Below are positions 50,024-59,202 of a stretch of DNA of 64,000 nucleotides, piece by piece. A program made the translations under genes and the position numbers. Each line of letters starts with the position of its first letter. The first letter of the stretch is position 1. The notes under the pieces were generated by a model that was given only the letters and a program-made list of their open reading frames with translations, did no database searches and was not told where the DNA came from. The stretch spans positions 695 through 64,694 of the forward strand of contig JACRIV010000014.1 in the NCBI GenBank assembly GCA_016220005.1, given 5' to 3'. The stretch is from Deltaproteobacteria bacterium. GTDB lineage: Bacteria; Desulfobacterota; Deferrimicrobia; Deferrimicrobiales; Deferrimicrobiaceae.

Positions 50024-50562
50024 CCGGAAGACTGCTTCCCGAAAAGAGGGTAGGACCGATCTTTCCGGGAGATGACGGGGTTGTCCAGCGGCCACCGGAT
50101 CCCGAACGCAGGGTCGTCCCAACGGACGCCGCTTGCATGCTCGGGGGAGTAGAACTCGAACATCTGGTAGAAGACTTCGGTGTCGTCGGAAAGCGTCTGA
50201 AAGCCGTGCGCGAACCCCTCGGGGATGTAGAACATCTTTAGATTGCTTTCCGTCAGTTCCAGTGCTGTCCACCTGCAATATGTGGGGGAGTTGGAGCGAA
50301 GGTCCACGATGACGTCGTAAATTGACCCGCGGGCGCACCGCACCAGCTTGGCTTCGGCTTTCGGCGGCAGTTGGAAGTGCATCCCGCGCAAGGTGCCTTT
50401 CTTCCTGTTGAAGGAAACGTTGCACTGCGCCACGTCGAACTTGAGGCCGTATTGTGCGAACTCCTTCCGGCAGAAGCTGCGGGCAAAATACCCCCGCTCA
50501 TCCTCCATCGGCTGGAGATCGATGACATACGCGCCTTTCAGCGCCGTTTCCGTGAAGATCAC
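50020..50562 (-). CDS. NDP-4-dehydro-6-deoxyhexose 3,5-epimerase, RmlC cupin family
   Basis: 180 aa. [13 protein letters not shown]...RGMHFQ...EGFAHGF motifs. GTG start forming a GTGA overlap with the upstream stop. Confidence 0.75.
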   Translation of the reverse strand: MIFTETALKGAYVIDLQPMEDERGYFARSFCRKEFAQYGLKFDVAQCNVSFNRKKGTLRGMHFQLPPKAEAKLVRCARGSIYDVIVDLRSNSPTYCRWTALELTESNLKMFYIPEGFAHGFQTLSDDTEVFYQMFEFYSPEHASGVRWDDPAFGIRWPLDNPVISRKDRSYPLFGKQSSG

Positions 50563-51794
50563 TCGACGACCCGGACTTCCGGAATGGGGAGGATGAATTT
50601 TCCGCCCCTTTCGCGGTAAGCCTTCTGTTGCTCCAAGATCTCCTCCGCGAAGTTCCACGCCAGGATCAGCACGTAGTCGGGCATGTCCGCAAGGAGCCTG
50701 TCGGGGGGATGGACGGGCAGGTGCATGCCGGGTGTGAAGAGGTTCTGCTTGTAAGGGCTCTTGTCGACCGTGTATGCGACGAGGTCCGTCGAAATGCCGC
50801 AGTAGTTGAGAAGGGTGTTCCCCTTCGCCGGGGCGCCGTACGCCGCGACGCGCATCCCGGAGGACTTGAGCTCCTTGAGCAGTCGAATGAGATCGGACTT
50901 GATCTTTGCGGTCCTCCGGGCGAATTCGACGTAGGTCTCTTTCGCGTGGAGCCCCTTCCTTGCCTCCTCTTCCAAGTGCCGCGGGACCGTGCCGGCGACC
51001 GGTCGGGATTTCTGGTGGGAAATGTAATAAATGATCGACCCGCCGTGGATCGGTACGTGCTCCAGATCGAAGAGCTCCATCCCGTACAGGTTAAAGAGAT
51101 AGGACATCGCCCGGACGGAGAGGTAAGAATAATGTTCGTGATAGACCGTGTCGAATTCGGTTTTCTCCACAAAGTCCACCAGGTATGGGGCTTCGATGGC
51201 GAGGACCCCGCTGGGCGCGAGGAGGTGTTTCAGCCCCTTTACGAAATCGTGGATTTCGGGGACGTGCGCGAAGACATGGCGCGCGAGGATGACATCGGCG
51301 GGGCCGAATCGCTCCTTGATGGTCCGGGAGGTTTTTTCGTTGAAGAAGTCGACGAAAGTGTCGATGCCGGACTCGATGGCGACCCGGGCGATGTTTGCGG
51401 CGGGTTCCACACCCAGGACTTTCACTCCGGTCTTCTTGAAATAATGCAGGACGGTCCCGTCGTTGCTGGCGATCTCGACGACGCGGGAATTTTCGTTCAG
51501 GCCGAATCGTTCCTTGAAAGAGGCCGCGAGATAGTCGGAATGCCTGTGGACCAGATCCGACGTGGCGGAAAAATAGATGTAATCGGAGAAGAGCGCTTCC
51601 GGTGGCACGACGTACCCGATCTGGACGAGCCCGCACTCCTCGCAGAGGTACAGGTCCAGCGGGTATTTCGGCTCATTCCCTTTTTTCAGGGATTCCTCGG
51701 TGAGGAAGCTGTTCGCCAGCGCCATCGTGCCGAAGTCAATGATCTTGCAGATGGATTCTTTGCCGCAGAATCTGCAGCGCACGGGCGGTCTCAT
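50559..51794 (-). CDS. TylCIII/NovU-type sugar C-methyltransferase (zinc-ribbon + class I methyltransferase + C-methyltransferase C-terminal domain)
   Basis: CRFCGKES...CEECG zinc ribbon. SAM motif [12 protein letters not shown]. Length (411 aa) and the C-terminal domain are characteristic of deoxysugar C-methyltransferases. Confidence 0.65.
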   Translation of the reverse strand: MRPPVRCRFCGKESICKIIDFGTMALANSFLTEESLKKGNEPKYPLDLYLCEECGLVQIGYVVPPEALFSDYIYFSATSDLVHRHSDYLAASFKERFGLNENSRVVEIASNDGTVLHYFKKTGVKVLGVEPAANIARVAIESGIDTFVDFFNEKTSRTIKERFGPADVILARHVFAHVPEIHDFVKGLKHLLAPSGVLAIEAPYLVDFVEKTEFDTVYHEHYSYLSVRAMSYLFNLYGMELFDLEHVPIHGGSIIYYISHQKSRPVAGTVPRHLEEEARKGLHAKETYVEFARRTAKIKSDLIRLLKELKSSGMRVAAYGAPAKGNTLLNYCGISTDLVAYTVDKSPYKQNLFTPGMHLPVHPPDRLLADMPDYVLILAWNFAEEILEQQKAYRERGGKFILPIPEVRVVE

Positions 51795-51800
51795 TCTTGA

Positions 51801-52919
51801 TCAGGAAATTTGGCCCAACGGGCTGTTCTCGTATTGCCCGATCTGGCGGAGGCAGACTTCCCGAAGGTCCCCTTTCTCCTTGTAGGCCCTCGTCCAGGCG
51901 ACCACCCGGTCGATGGCGTCCTCGAGGTTCCAACGGGGGGACCAGCCCAGCCGGGTTCTTGCCTTGGAGCAATCCAGCTTGAGGAAGTGCGTCTCGTGGG
52001 GATGCTCTCCCTTGTCGACCTCGTAGGAAGCGCCGGGACCCCAAGCCTTGCAGAACCGGCGGACGATCCATTCCACCGGCTGGGCGCCGTGGTCTTCCGG
52101 GCCGAAATTCCATCCCTCGGCGTAGGCCGGCCCGTCCTCGACCAGTCTCTGCGCCAGGGTGAGGTACCCGCTCAACGGCTCCAGCACGTGCTGCCACGGT
52201 CGGACGGCGCGGGGGTTGCGGACCCGGATCTTTTCCTGCTTCAGGATGGCCCGGACGCAGTCCGGGACCAGCCGGTCCTGCGCCCAGTCGCCGCCGCCGA
52301 TGACGTTGCCGGCCCTTGCCGAAGCGACCCCGACGCCGTGGGTTTTGTAGTCACGGGGGTTGAAAAAGGAGCTCCGGTAGGCGGAGGTGACCAGCTCCGA
52401 GCACGCCTTGCTGCTGGAGTAGGGGTCGTACCCGCCGAGCGGCTCGTTTTCCCGGTATCCCATGACCGATTCCCGGTTCTCGTAGCATTTGTCCGTCGTG
52501 ACGTTGACGACGGCCCTCACGCTTGCGCACTTGCGGACGGCTTCGAACAGGTTGACGGTGCCCATGACGTTCGTGGAATACGTTTCCACCGGGTCCCGGT
52601 ACGACTCCCTTACGAGGGGCTGGGCCGCCATGTGAATGACGACGTCCGGCCGGCTGTCCGCCATCGACCTCGATAGCTTGTCGCCGTCCCGGATGTCGGA
52701 AACGACTGACTTCACGAGCGTGTCGACGCCGCACAGCTCGTAGAGGCTCGGTTGTGTCGGCGGTTCCAGCGCATACCCCGTGACTTCCGCTCCCAGGCGG
52801 TGCAACCAGAGGGAGAGCCACGCCCCCTTGAACCCGGTGTGCCCGGTCAGGAAGACCCTCCTGTTCTTCCAGAATCCTTTCAATCCCACACTTTCCACGG
52901 CGCTTTTCCGGCGCGCCAC
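51801..52919 (-). CDS. rfbG: CDP-glucose 4,6-dehydratase
   Basis: FWKNRRVFLTGHTGFKGAWLSLWL, YDPYSSSKAC (YxxxK) and the overall RfbG/DdhB architecture. Probable GTG start. Confidence 0.8.
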   Translation of the reverse strand: MARRKSAVESVGLKGFWKNRRVFLTGHTGFKGAWLSLWLHRLGAEVTGYALEPPTQPSLYELCGVDTLVKSVVSDIRDGDKLSRSMADSRPDVVIHMAAQPLVRESYRDPVETYSTNVMGTVNLFEAVRKCASVRAVVNVTTDKCYENRESVMGYRENEPLGGYDPYSSSKACSELVTSAYRSSFFNPRDYKTHGVGVASARAGNVIGGGDWAQDRLVPDCVRAILKQEKIRVRNPRAVRPWQHVLEPLSGYLTLAQRLVEDGPAYAEGWNFGPEDHGAQPVEWIVRRFCKAWGPGASYEVDKGEHPHETHFLKLDCSKARTRLGWSPRWNLEDAIDRVVAWTRAYKEKGDLREVCLRQIGQYENSPLGQIS

Positions 52920-53656
52920 GACGCCTCGAGCTGGTTCTTGTCCCGCATCGTGTCCATCGGCTGCCAGAAGCCGCGGTGCCTGTAGGCGACGAGCTCCCCG
53001 TTCTTCGCCAGGTGCTCAAGCGGCTCATTCTCGAAGACGGTATTGTCGCCTTCGAGGTAGTCGAAGATTCCGGGCTCGAGGACGAAGAAGCCGGCGTTGA
53101 TCCATCCCCCGTCGCCCTTCGGCTTCTCCCGGAACCCCAGGACCCGGTCGTTCTCCCCCAGGTCCAGCGCTCCGAACCGGCCGCCCGGCTGTGCGGCGCT
53201 GATCGTTGCCAGCCTGCCGTGGGACCGGTGATAGGACACAAGGTCCTTGATGTTGATGTCCGACACGCCGTCTCCGTAGGTGAGCATGAACGGCCGGTTG
53301 TCCGTGTATTGCCGGATCCTCTTGACCCTGCCGCCCGTCATGGTGTCGTTACCGGTGTTCACCAGGGTAACTTTCCATGGCTCGGCGGTGTGGGTATGGA
53401 TCTCCCGCTCGGTCGGCTTCCGGAAGTCGAAGGTGACGTCGGACTCGTGCAGGAAGTAGTGCGCGAAATATTCCTTGATGACGTATCCCTTATACCCGAG
53501 GCAGATGATGAAATCGTCGAACCCGTAATGCGAGTACAGCTTCATGATGTGCCAGAGGATCGGCTTCTCCACGATCTCGATCATCGGCTTCGGCTTGAGA
53601 TGCGATTCCTCGCTGATCCTGGTGCCGAACCCTCCGGCCAGAATGACCACCTTCAT
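52880..53656 (-). CDS. rfbF: glucose-1-phosphate cytidylyltransferase
   Basis: MKVVILAGGFGTRISEESHLKPKPM and the RfbF/DdhA-type C-terminus ...RGFWQPMDTMRDKNQLEASW. Confidence 0.85.
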   Translation of the reverse strand: MKVVILAGGFGTRISEESHLKPKPMIEIVEKPILWHIMKLYSHYGFDDFIICLGYKGYVIKEYFAHYFLHESDVTFDFRKPTEREIHTHTAEPWKVTLVNTGNDTMTGGRVKRIRQYTDNRPFMLTYGDGVSDINIKDLVSYHRSHGRLATISAAQPGGRFGALDLGENDRVLGFREKPKGDGGWINAGFFVLEPGIFDYLEGDNTVFENEPLEHLAKNGELVAYRHRGFWQPMDTMRDKNQLEASWRAGKAPWKVWD

Positions 53657-54000
53657 TTCGGATCGCCCTCCTTCACCTCTTCCTTCAGCAGCGCCAGCTC
53701 CTGGGCCATCCTCTTGTTCATCTGGTGGAGCTTCGAGATCGCGATCGAAAAGTGGATCAGGATGAGCATGATGAAGAGGATGCCGACGAGGAACAAAAGG
53801 GAGGGGGGGTAGGCGATCCCGACGATGCGCGACAGGCGGATCAGCCAATCCTGCTTCACCGACAGGACGAGGATCACCATGCTCCCGCAGAGCCACAGGA
53901 TCGAGTACTCCTCCCGGAGGCGGCGCCGCCGGACCATCTCGAGAATGTAGACGAGGAGGGCGGCGGACATGCACACCGAGAGAAGGGTCACCCTGCTCAA
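53653..54000 (-). CDS. DUF2304 family small membrane protein (partner of a polyprenol-phosphate glycosyltransferase)
   Basis: 115 aa, 3-4 TM helices. ATGA/TTGA overlaps with both neighbours. Typically found paired with a DPM1-like GT2. Confidence 0.5.
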   Translation of the reverse strand: MSRVTLLSVCMSAALLVYILEMVRRRRLREEYSILWLCGSMVILVLSVKQDWLIRLSRIVGIAYPPSLLFLVGILFIMLILIHFSIAISKLHQMNKRMAQELALLKEEVKEGDPK

Positions 54001-54704
54001 CCGAATCTCCTAATGGCGTTAATGAGGAAAGAGAGCGTCACCTTAACCATATAATATATCGCCCCGAACGTCGTTATGGAGGATTTTCCCTCGACGCGGG
54101 CGTACATCCGGACCGGGACCTCCGCCGTTCCGGCCCCGAGGCGGTGCATCAGGATGTAGGCGTCCACCTCCGGGTAGTCGGAAGGGTAGTGGCGCGAATA
54201 GAACTCGATCAGCCGGCGGTTGATGGCGAAGAAGCCGGACGTGGGGTCGGTCACGCGGTAACCGGTGAAGAGGTTCACCAGGGACCGGAAGAACCGGATG
54301 CCGAAGATGCGGGGGATCGACCCGCGGTATCCCGCCTCCCCAAGGAACCTGGAGCCGATCGCCGCATCGGCCTTGCCCGCCAAGATGGGCTCGAGCACCC
54401 GGGGGATGTCCTCGATCTCGTGCTGCCCGTCGCCGTCGATCCGTACGAGCGCCTCGTAGCCCCGGTCGCGGGCGAACAGGAACGCCGTCTGTGCGGCGCC
54501 GCCGATGCCCAGGTTGCAGGGAAGGTCCAGTACGGTGGCCCCGGCCGACCTTGCCGCGGCAGAGGTCGCGTCCGTAGACCCGTCGTTGACCACGAGGACG
54601 TCGTAGGGGAATCTCCGCCTGAGGGCGGAGACGATCTGCCCGATCGTCTGCTCCTCCTGGAACGCGGGGATGGCGATCAGGACGCGATGCGGGGGTCTGT
54701 CCAT
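53997..54704 (-). CDS. polyprenol-phosphate sugar synthase, GT2 (DPM1/GtrB/ArnC-like)
   Basis: VLIAIPAFQEE...VLVVNDGSTD...DGDGQH motifs, 235 aa. Start at the internal ATG (ORF track 54893). Confidence 0.75.
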   Translation of the reverse strand: MDRPPHRVLIAIPAFQEEQTIGQIVSALRRRFPYDVLVVNDGSTDATSAAARSAGATVLDLPCNLGIGGAAQTAFLFARDRGYEALVRIDGDGQHEIEDIPRVLEPILAGKADAAIGSRFLGEAGYRGSIPRIFGIRFFRSLVNLFTGYRVTDPTSGFFAINRRLIEFYSRHYPSDYPEVDAYILMHRLGAGTAEVPVRMYARVEGKSSITTFGAIYYMVKVTLSFLINAIRRFG

Positions 54705-54738
54705 CTCTCGAAGGGTCCCGGGGATCGCCCGGGGCCTC

Positions 54739-55317
54739 CTACTGCACGACCTTTTCGATCTCCTTCTTGAGCTGGGGAGGCGCCACGGTGCCGACCGCAG
54801 AGAACGCGACAACCCCTTTCTTGTCGATGAGGAAGAGAGCGGGAGTCCCCGCGACCCCGTAAGGGTCTGCGACCATGAAGGAGTCTCCCACAAGCTCGTC
54901 GAACACGATCCGGAACGCGATTTTCTCGTTCACGACGAACTTGTCGATCGCCTTTTTCAACTCCTTGCCGTCGAGGTTCACGCCGACGACGTGGAGCCCC
55001 TTCCCGTAATATTGCTTCGTCATATCGTTGATCAGCGGGATCTCCTCCCGGCACGGGCCGCAGAAGAACGACCAGAAGAAAAGCAGGACCGCCTCCTTGC
55101 CGCCGCGGTCCTTGAGGCGGAACTCCTTGTCGGCGAGATCCCTGACCGCGAAGTCGGGCGCCGTGCTGCCGACCTTCAGGGTCTCTATCCCCTTGACCGT
55201 CGGGATCTTGGTGTAGGAACTTCCCTTGCTCTCCTGCGCCGCCGACCACCCGCTGGAAACAGCGACGGTTACGGCAACGGTGATCGCGACGATAGAAACG
55301 GCCATCCCGCTTTTCAT
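54739..55317 (-). CDS. TlpA-like periplasmic thioredoxin (CGPC)
   Basis: Signal peptide. AVLLFFWSFFCGPCREEIPLI. The 474-aa ORF-track entry is a frame extension over the next gene. Confidence 0.75.
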   Translation of the reverse strand: MKSGMAVSIVAITVAVTVAVSSGWSAAQESKGSSYTKIPTVKGIETLKVGSTAPDFAVRDLADKEFRLKDRGGKEAVLLFFWSFFCGPCREEIPLINDMTKQYYGKGLHVVGVNLDGKELKKAIDKFVVNEKIAFRIVFDELVGDSFMVADPYGVAGTPALFLIDKKGVVAFSAVGTVAPPQLKKEIEKVVQ

Positions 55318-55328
55318 GGCGCCCTCGC

Positions 55329-55874
55329 TCACTTCCTGATTTCCTTCACGGCCTGTGTGACGACGTCGCGCAGGTGCTTCTCGTCGCCCTGCTTGTAGCC
55401 CACGTGGTAGAACCGGATCTTCCCGTTGACGTCGATGAGGAGCGTCGTCGGCAGGACCATCGCGTTGAAGGAGGTGGCGACCTGCCGGTTCTTGTCGATG
55501 ATCACCGGGAAATTGATCTTGGTCTCCATCCCCTGCATGAACTTCACGACGCGATGGGTGCCGAACGAGTCGAGGTTGACGCCGACGACGACGAGCCCCT
55601 TGTCCTTGAACTCGTTGAAGATATCGATCAGCTTCGGCATTTCCTCGATGCAGGATGCGCAGTAGATCGACCAGAAGTCGAGGATGACGACCTTTTTCCC
55701 CTTCAGCTTGGAGTACTCGATCGGCTGGTTTTCGATCGTGTGGCCGTTGAACATCGGCGCCGCGTCGCCTTCCTTGATCCCCCCGCCCCCTCCAAAAAAC
55801 GCCCCCGCCGGCCGTGCGATCGCCAGGATCGCCAGCGCGGCAAACACGAAACGGATCGGGGATCTGCGATTCAT
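55329..55874 (-). CDS. TlpA-like periplasmic thioredoxin (CASC)
   Basis: Signal peptide. VVILDFWSIYCASCIEEMPKL. Confidence 0.75.
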   Translation of the reverse strand: MNRRSPIRFVFAALAILAIARPAGAFFGGGGGIKEGDAAPMFNGHTIENQPIEYSKLKGKKVVILDFWSIYCASCIEEMPKLIDIFNEFKDKGLVVVGVNLDSFGTHRVVKFMQGMETKINFPVIIDKNRQVATSFNAMVLPTTLLIDVNGKIRFYHVGYKQGDEKHLRDVVTQAVKEIRK

Positions 55875-56179
55875 TTCGGGACATCCTCCGAGAGTAATTT
55901 TTCAACTTATACCACAGGCTTCTCGTAAAACGAAACAGGAAACGTCCGGCTTCGCAAGGCAGGACGGTCCGCTTGACGAATTCTTTACGACCGCTGTAAC
56001 ATATCGGCGAAACGCGGGTATTCTTTGGTGGATGGATACGGTTTCTCCAAAACCTCCAGGAGGTCTTCGATGAAGAAGATCCGCTTCGCGGCTCCCAAGG
56101 TGGTCGGCTCTTCCAGCGTTCACCCCTGCTGACCGGTTGCCGGGCAGAAATCGCCAACCCCATTTATCCTCCCCGGGAG

Positions 56180-57703
56180 ATGAGGATGAAACTCACAAAA
56201 CGGCGCCGGAACCTTGCGTTCTTCGTTGTCGCGCTGCTCACCGGCATCATCGCCCCCGCCGCCCTGGCCGATCCTTTCGTGGACATCTCCGGGACTTCCG
56301 GGCTGGCGCTCAACGGGCGAAACAAGGGTGTCGCAATCGCCGACGTCGACGGCGACGGCCTTCTCGACATTTTTATCTCCAACAAGGGAGGCCCCAGTCA
56401 CCTTTACCTGAACAACGGCGACGGCACTTTCCGCGATGTTACGGAAGAAGCCGGCCTCGAAGAGACCGGCTATGCGATGGGATCGGTTTTCGGAGACGTG
56501 GCCAACCACGGGAAGCCCGACCTCTACGTGGCCAAGGGCGGCCGGTACGAAATCGAGTCCAACCGGTTGTATTACAACGTCAGCACCCCGGGCCACCCGA
56601 AATTCATCGACATCACCGAGTCCGCCGGGGTGGGGATCAAGACGTTCACCTACGGCGCGGCGATGTTCGACTACAACAAAGACGGGAAGCTTGACATCTA
56701 CTGCGCCAACTACGGCGTCGGGCAGCGCAATATCCTCTTCAAGAACGTCTCCACCGGCCATCGCCCGGAGGACGTGAAGTTCGTGGACGCGTCGGACGAG
56801 GCCGGCGTCGGCTCCGCCGCCTGGGCGTGGAGCGCGGTCGCCTTCGACTTCGACGGCGACGGCTGGGACGATCTTTACGTATCGAACGGCCAGTACCCCG
56901 GCGAGGGCAGGAACATCCTCTACAAGAACCTGGGAAACGGCAAGTTCAAGGACGTGACGGACGAGGCCGGCGTCGCAAATAACGCTTGGGCGCTCGGCAC
57001 CGGGGTGGGCGACATCAACAACGACGGCTGGCTGGACATGTACGTTTCCAACTATGTCGGCGGGAACAAGCTGTTCCTCAATCCGGGCAACGGGAAGTTC
57101 AAGGACATCAGCAAGTCCTCGGGCACGGCCCGCGACGGATGGGGGAAGGGCACGGCCTTCGGCGACACCGACCACAAGGGGTTCCAGCACATCTTCGAGG
57201 GCGACTGCAAGTTTTCAAAACAGTTCTACCACAACAACGGGGATCTGACGTTCACCGACATCATCGACAGGTATCCTTCCATGAAGTTAGAGACGATCCG
57301 CACCAAGGGGGTCGCCTTCTTCGACATGGACAACGACGGAGACCTGGACCTGATCGTGATGAACTGGGAGGTCGGACCCCGTCTGTTCCGAAACGACCAG
57401 AATGACAAGAACTGGATCAAGGTGAAGGTCGAAGGGACGACCTACGACGACCCGGCGTACCAATACCGGTCTACCCGCGACGCGGTAGGCGCCAAAGTGC
57501 GGCTCTACAGGAACGGGAAAATGATCGCGTTCCGCCAGGTGATGACGGCCAACGGTTTCTGCTCCTGCCCCCCGCTGGAGGTCCATTTCGGCGCCGACGC
57601 GAACTACAGGTATGACATCGAGGTCACGTTTCCGAGCGGGATCAAGGTCGTCAAGAAAAACGTATCCACGGGCGTGTTCCATCATATCCGGGAGGACGAG
57701 TAG
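56180..57703 (+). CDS. secreted FG-GAP repeat / ASPIC-UnbV (CRTAC1-like) protein
   Basis: Signal peptide. Repeated DxDGDGxxD Ca-binding FG-GAP motifs (DVDGDGLLDIF, DFDGDGWDDLY, DINNDGWLDMY, DMDNDGDLDLIV). C-terminal UnbV/ASPIC-like segment. Confidence 0.6.
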   Translation: MRMKLTKRRRNLAFFVVALLTGIIAPAALADPFVDISGTSGLALNGRNKGVAIADVDGDGLLDIFISNKGGPSHLYLNNGDGTFRDVTEEAGLEETGYAMGSVFGDVANHGKPDLYVAKGGRYEIESNRLYYNVSTPGHPKFIDITESAGVGIKTFTYGAAMFDYNKDGKLDIYCANYGVGQRNILFKNVSTGHRPEDVKFVDASDEAGVGSAAWAWSAVAFDFDGDGWDDLYVSNGQYPGEGRNILYKNLGNGKFKDVTDEAGVANNAWALGTGVGDINNDGWLDMYVSNYVGGNKLFLNPGNGKFKDISKSSGTARDGWGKGTAFGDTDHKGFQHIFEGDCKFSKQFYHNNGDLTFTDIIDRYPSMKLETIRTKGVAFFDMDNDGDLDLIVMNWEVGPRLFRNDQNDKNWIKVKVEGTTYDDPAYQYRSTRDAVGAKVRLYRNGKMIAFRQVMTANGFCSCPPLEVHFGADANYRYDIEVTFPSGIKVVKKNVSTGVFHHIREDE

Positions 57704-57786
57704 CGGAGACCCTGCGTGCGATCTTCCCCGCCCCGCTGCACGCCCGGATGCGGCGGGGCTTTTTTTCTTGCTCTCCGAGGTAGCCG

Positions 57787-59202
57787 ATGACACGCCATAG
57801 CCGTTTCCTTTCCCCGCTCCTTCTGCTCGGCGTGATCGTTTCCCCTGCCCTGGGGGCGCCCGTCGAGTGGGACAAGCCGACGATCTCCGGAAACGTCACC
57901 TGGTCAGGGGAGATCGTTCTCCGCCAGAACGTGGTGGTTTCCCCGGGGGCGACGCTGCGCATCCTTCCGGGCACGTCCGTCACGGTGGGGACCGGCAAGG
58001 GGATCGGGCTTACCGTTCTGGGCCGCCTTCTCGTCGAGGGGGAGGAAAGGGCGAAGGTCACGTTCCTGCCGGAAAAGCCGAGATGGACGAAGGTGTTGTG
58101 GGGGGGGATCAGGCTTTTGGGCGGGCCGCGGGCGGGGCACTTGCTTTCCGGTTTCCGGATCGAGGGGGCGCAGGAGGGGATTACCCTCACGGAGACGTCC
58201 GCACGAATCGCAAACGGGGTCTTCGCCGCGTGCGAAACGGGAGTCCGCGGGAACCAGAAGTCGCAGGCCGCGGTGGACAACTGTCTCTTCGAGGGGAACG
58301 ACGCCGGTGCGGTCATCTCCCTGGGGGGGGAGGGGATCTTCCGGCGGTGCCGCCTGGTCAACATCGAGGGGTACGGCATCGTCGCGGACAAGGGAGCGGT
58401 CCTGAAGATGTCCGGTTGCTCGTTCTCCCGGGGGAAAACCGGAGTCTTCTCCCTGACGGACTCTCCCTTCAGAGTGGAGAACAGCACGTTCCTCTCGCTG
58501 GAAAAGGGAATCGTCGTCCGCCAGGCGGGCAGGGATTCGGTGATTTCCCGCTGTTCGTTCGAAAACAACGGTACCGCGATCCTGGCGGTCCAGTTCTGCG
58601 CCGTCGAGGTTGCCGATTCCGTGTTCCGCGAGAACCTGACTGCCCTGGACGTACAGGAATTCTCGGCCCCGAAGATCCACCACAACCGGTTCGAGGCGAA
58701 CCAGTCGGCGGTCAATCTGCTCCGGAAGTCGCACGCCGTGATCGAACACGACGTTTTCGTCCATAACCGGAACGCGGTGGTCGTCAACTACTCCTCGTAC
58801 CCGAAGATTTTCGGGAACAACTTCGATCGGAACGACATGAACGTCCGGCTGGAGAAATTCCAGTCCGGGGATTGGGAGGAGCGCGTGGGCTCGCAGGGGC
58901 TCATCGGCGCCGAGGTGGTCAGGCGTGGCTCCCGGAACGTGGAGTTGGCGACTCAAAAGATCCCGTTGCCCAAACGTATCGACGCCAAGGGGAATTACTG
59001 GGGACCGGACGCCGACCGCGATCCCGTCAAGGGGACGCTCGGGAAGATCTGGGACGGGAGGAAGTTCGGGCCGGTCCGTTACGAAGGGTTCGGCGACGCG
59101 GAGTACGACATCGATGTAATAGACTTCTCGGAAGAGGTTCTTTCGCCGGTCCCGGAAGCCGGGCCCCGGGGCGGAGCGATCGGCACAGGAGAGACCCGAT
59201 GA
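57787..59202 (+). CDS. secreted right-handed parallel beta-helix repeat protein (NosD/pectate-lyase-like fold)
   Basis: Signal peptide. Repeated beta-helix rungs (NxxxxGIxL/ NNGTAIL / NRNAVVVN). Confidence 0.55.
   Translation: MTRHSRFLSPLLLLGVIVSPALGAPVEWDKPTISGNVTWSGEIVLRQNVVVSPGATLRILPGTSVTVGTGKGIGLTVLGRLLVEGEERAKVTFLPEKPRWTKVLWGGIRLLGGPRAGHLLSGFRIEGAQEGITLTETSARIANGVFAACETGVRGNQKSQAAVDNCLFEGNDAGAVISLGGEGIFRRCRLVNIEGYGIVADKGAVLKMSGCSFSRGKTGVFSLTDSPFRVENSTFLSLEKGIVVRQAGRDSVISRCSFENNGTAILAVQFCAVEVADSVFRENLTALDVQEFSAPKIHHNRFEANQSAVNLLRKSHAVIEHDVFVHNRNAVVVNYSSYPKIFGNNFDRNDMNVRLEKFQSGDWEERVGSQGLIGAEVVRRGSRNVELATQKIPLPKRIDAKGNYWGPDADRDPVKGTLGKIWDGRKFGPVRYEGFGDAEYDIDVIDFSEEVLSPVPEAGPRGGAIGTGETR

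Noticed and set aside
54739-56163. 474-aa ORF suggesting a fused double thioredoxin.
   Set aside because: The second thioredoxin (55329-55874) is in a different frame. Everything upstream of 55317 in this frame is non-coding read-through.
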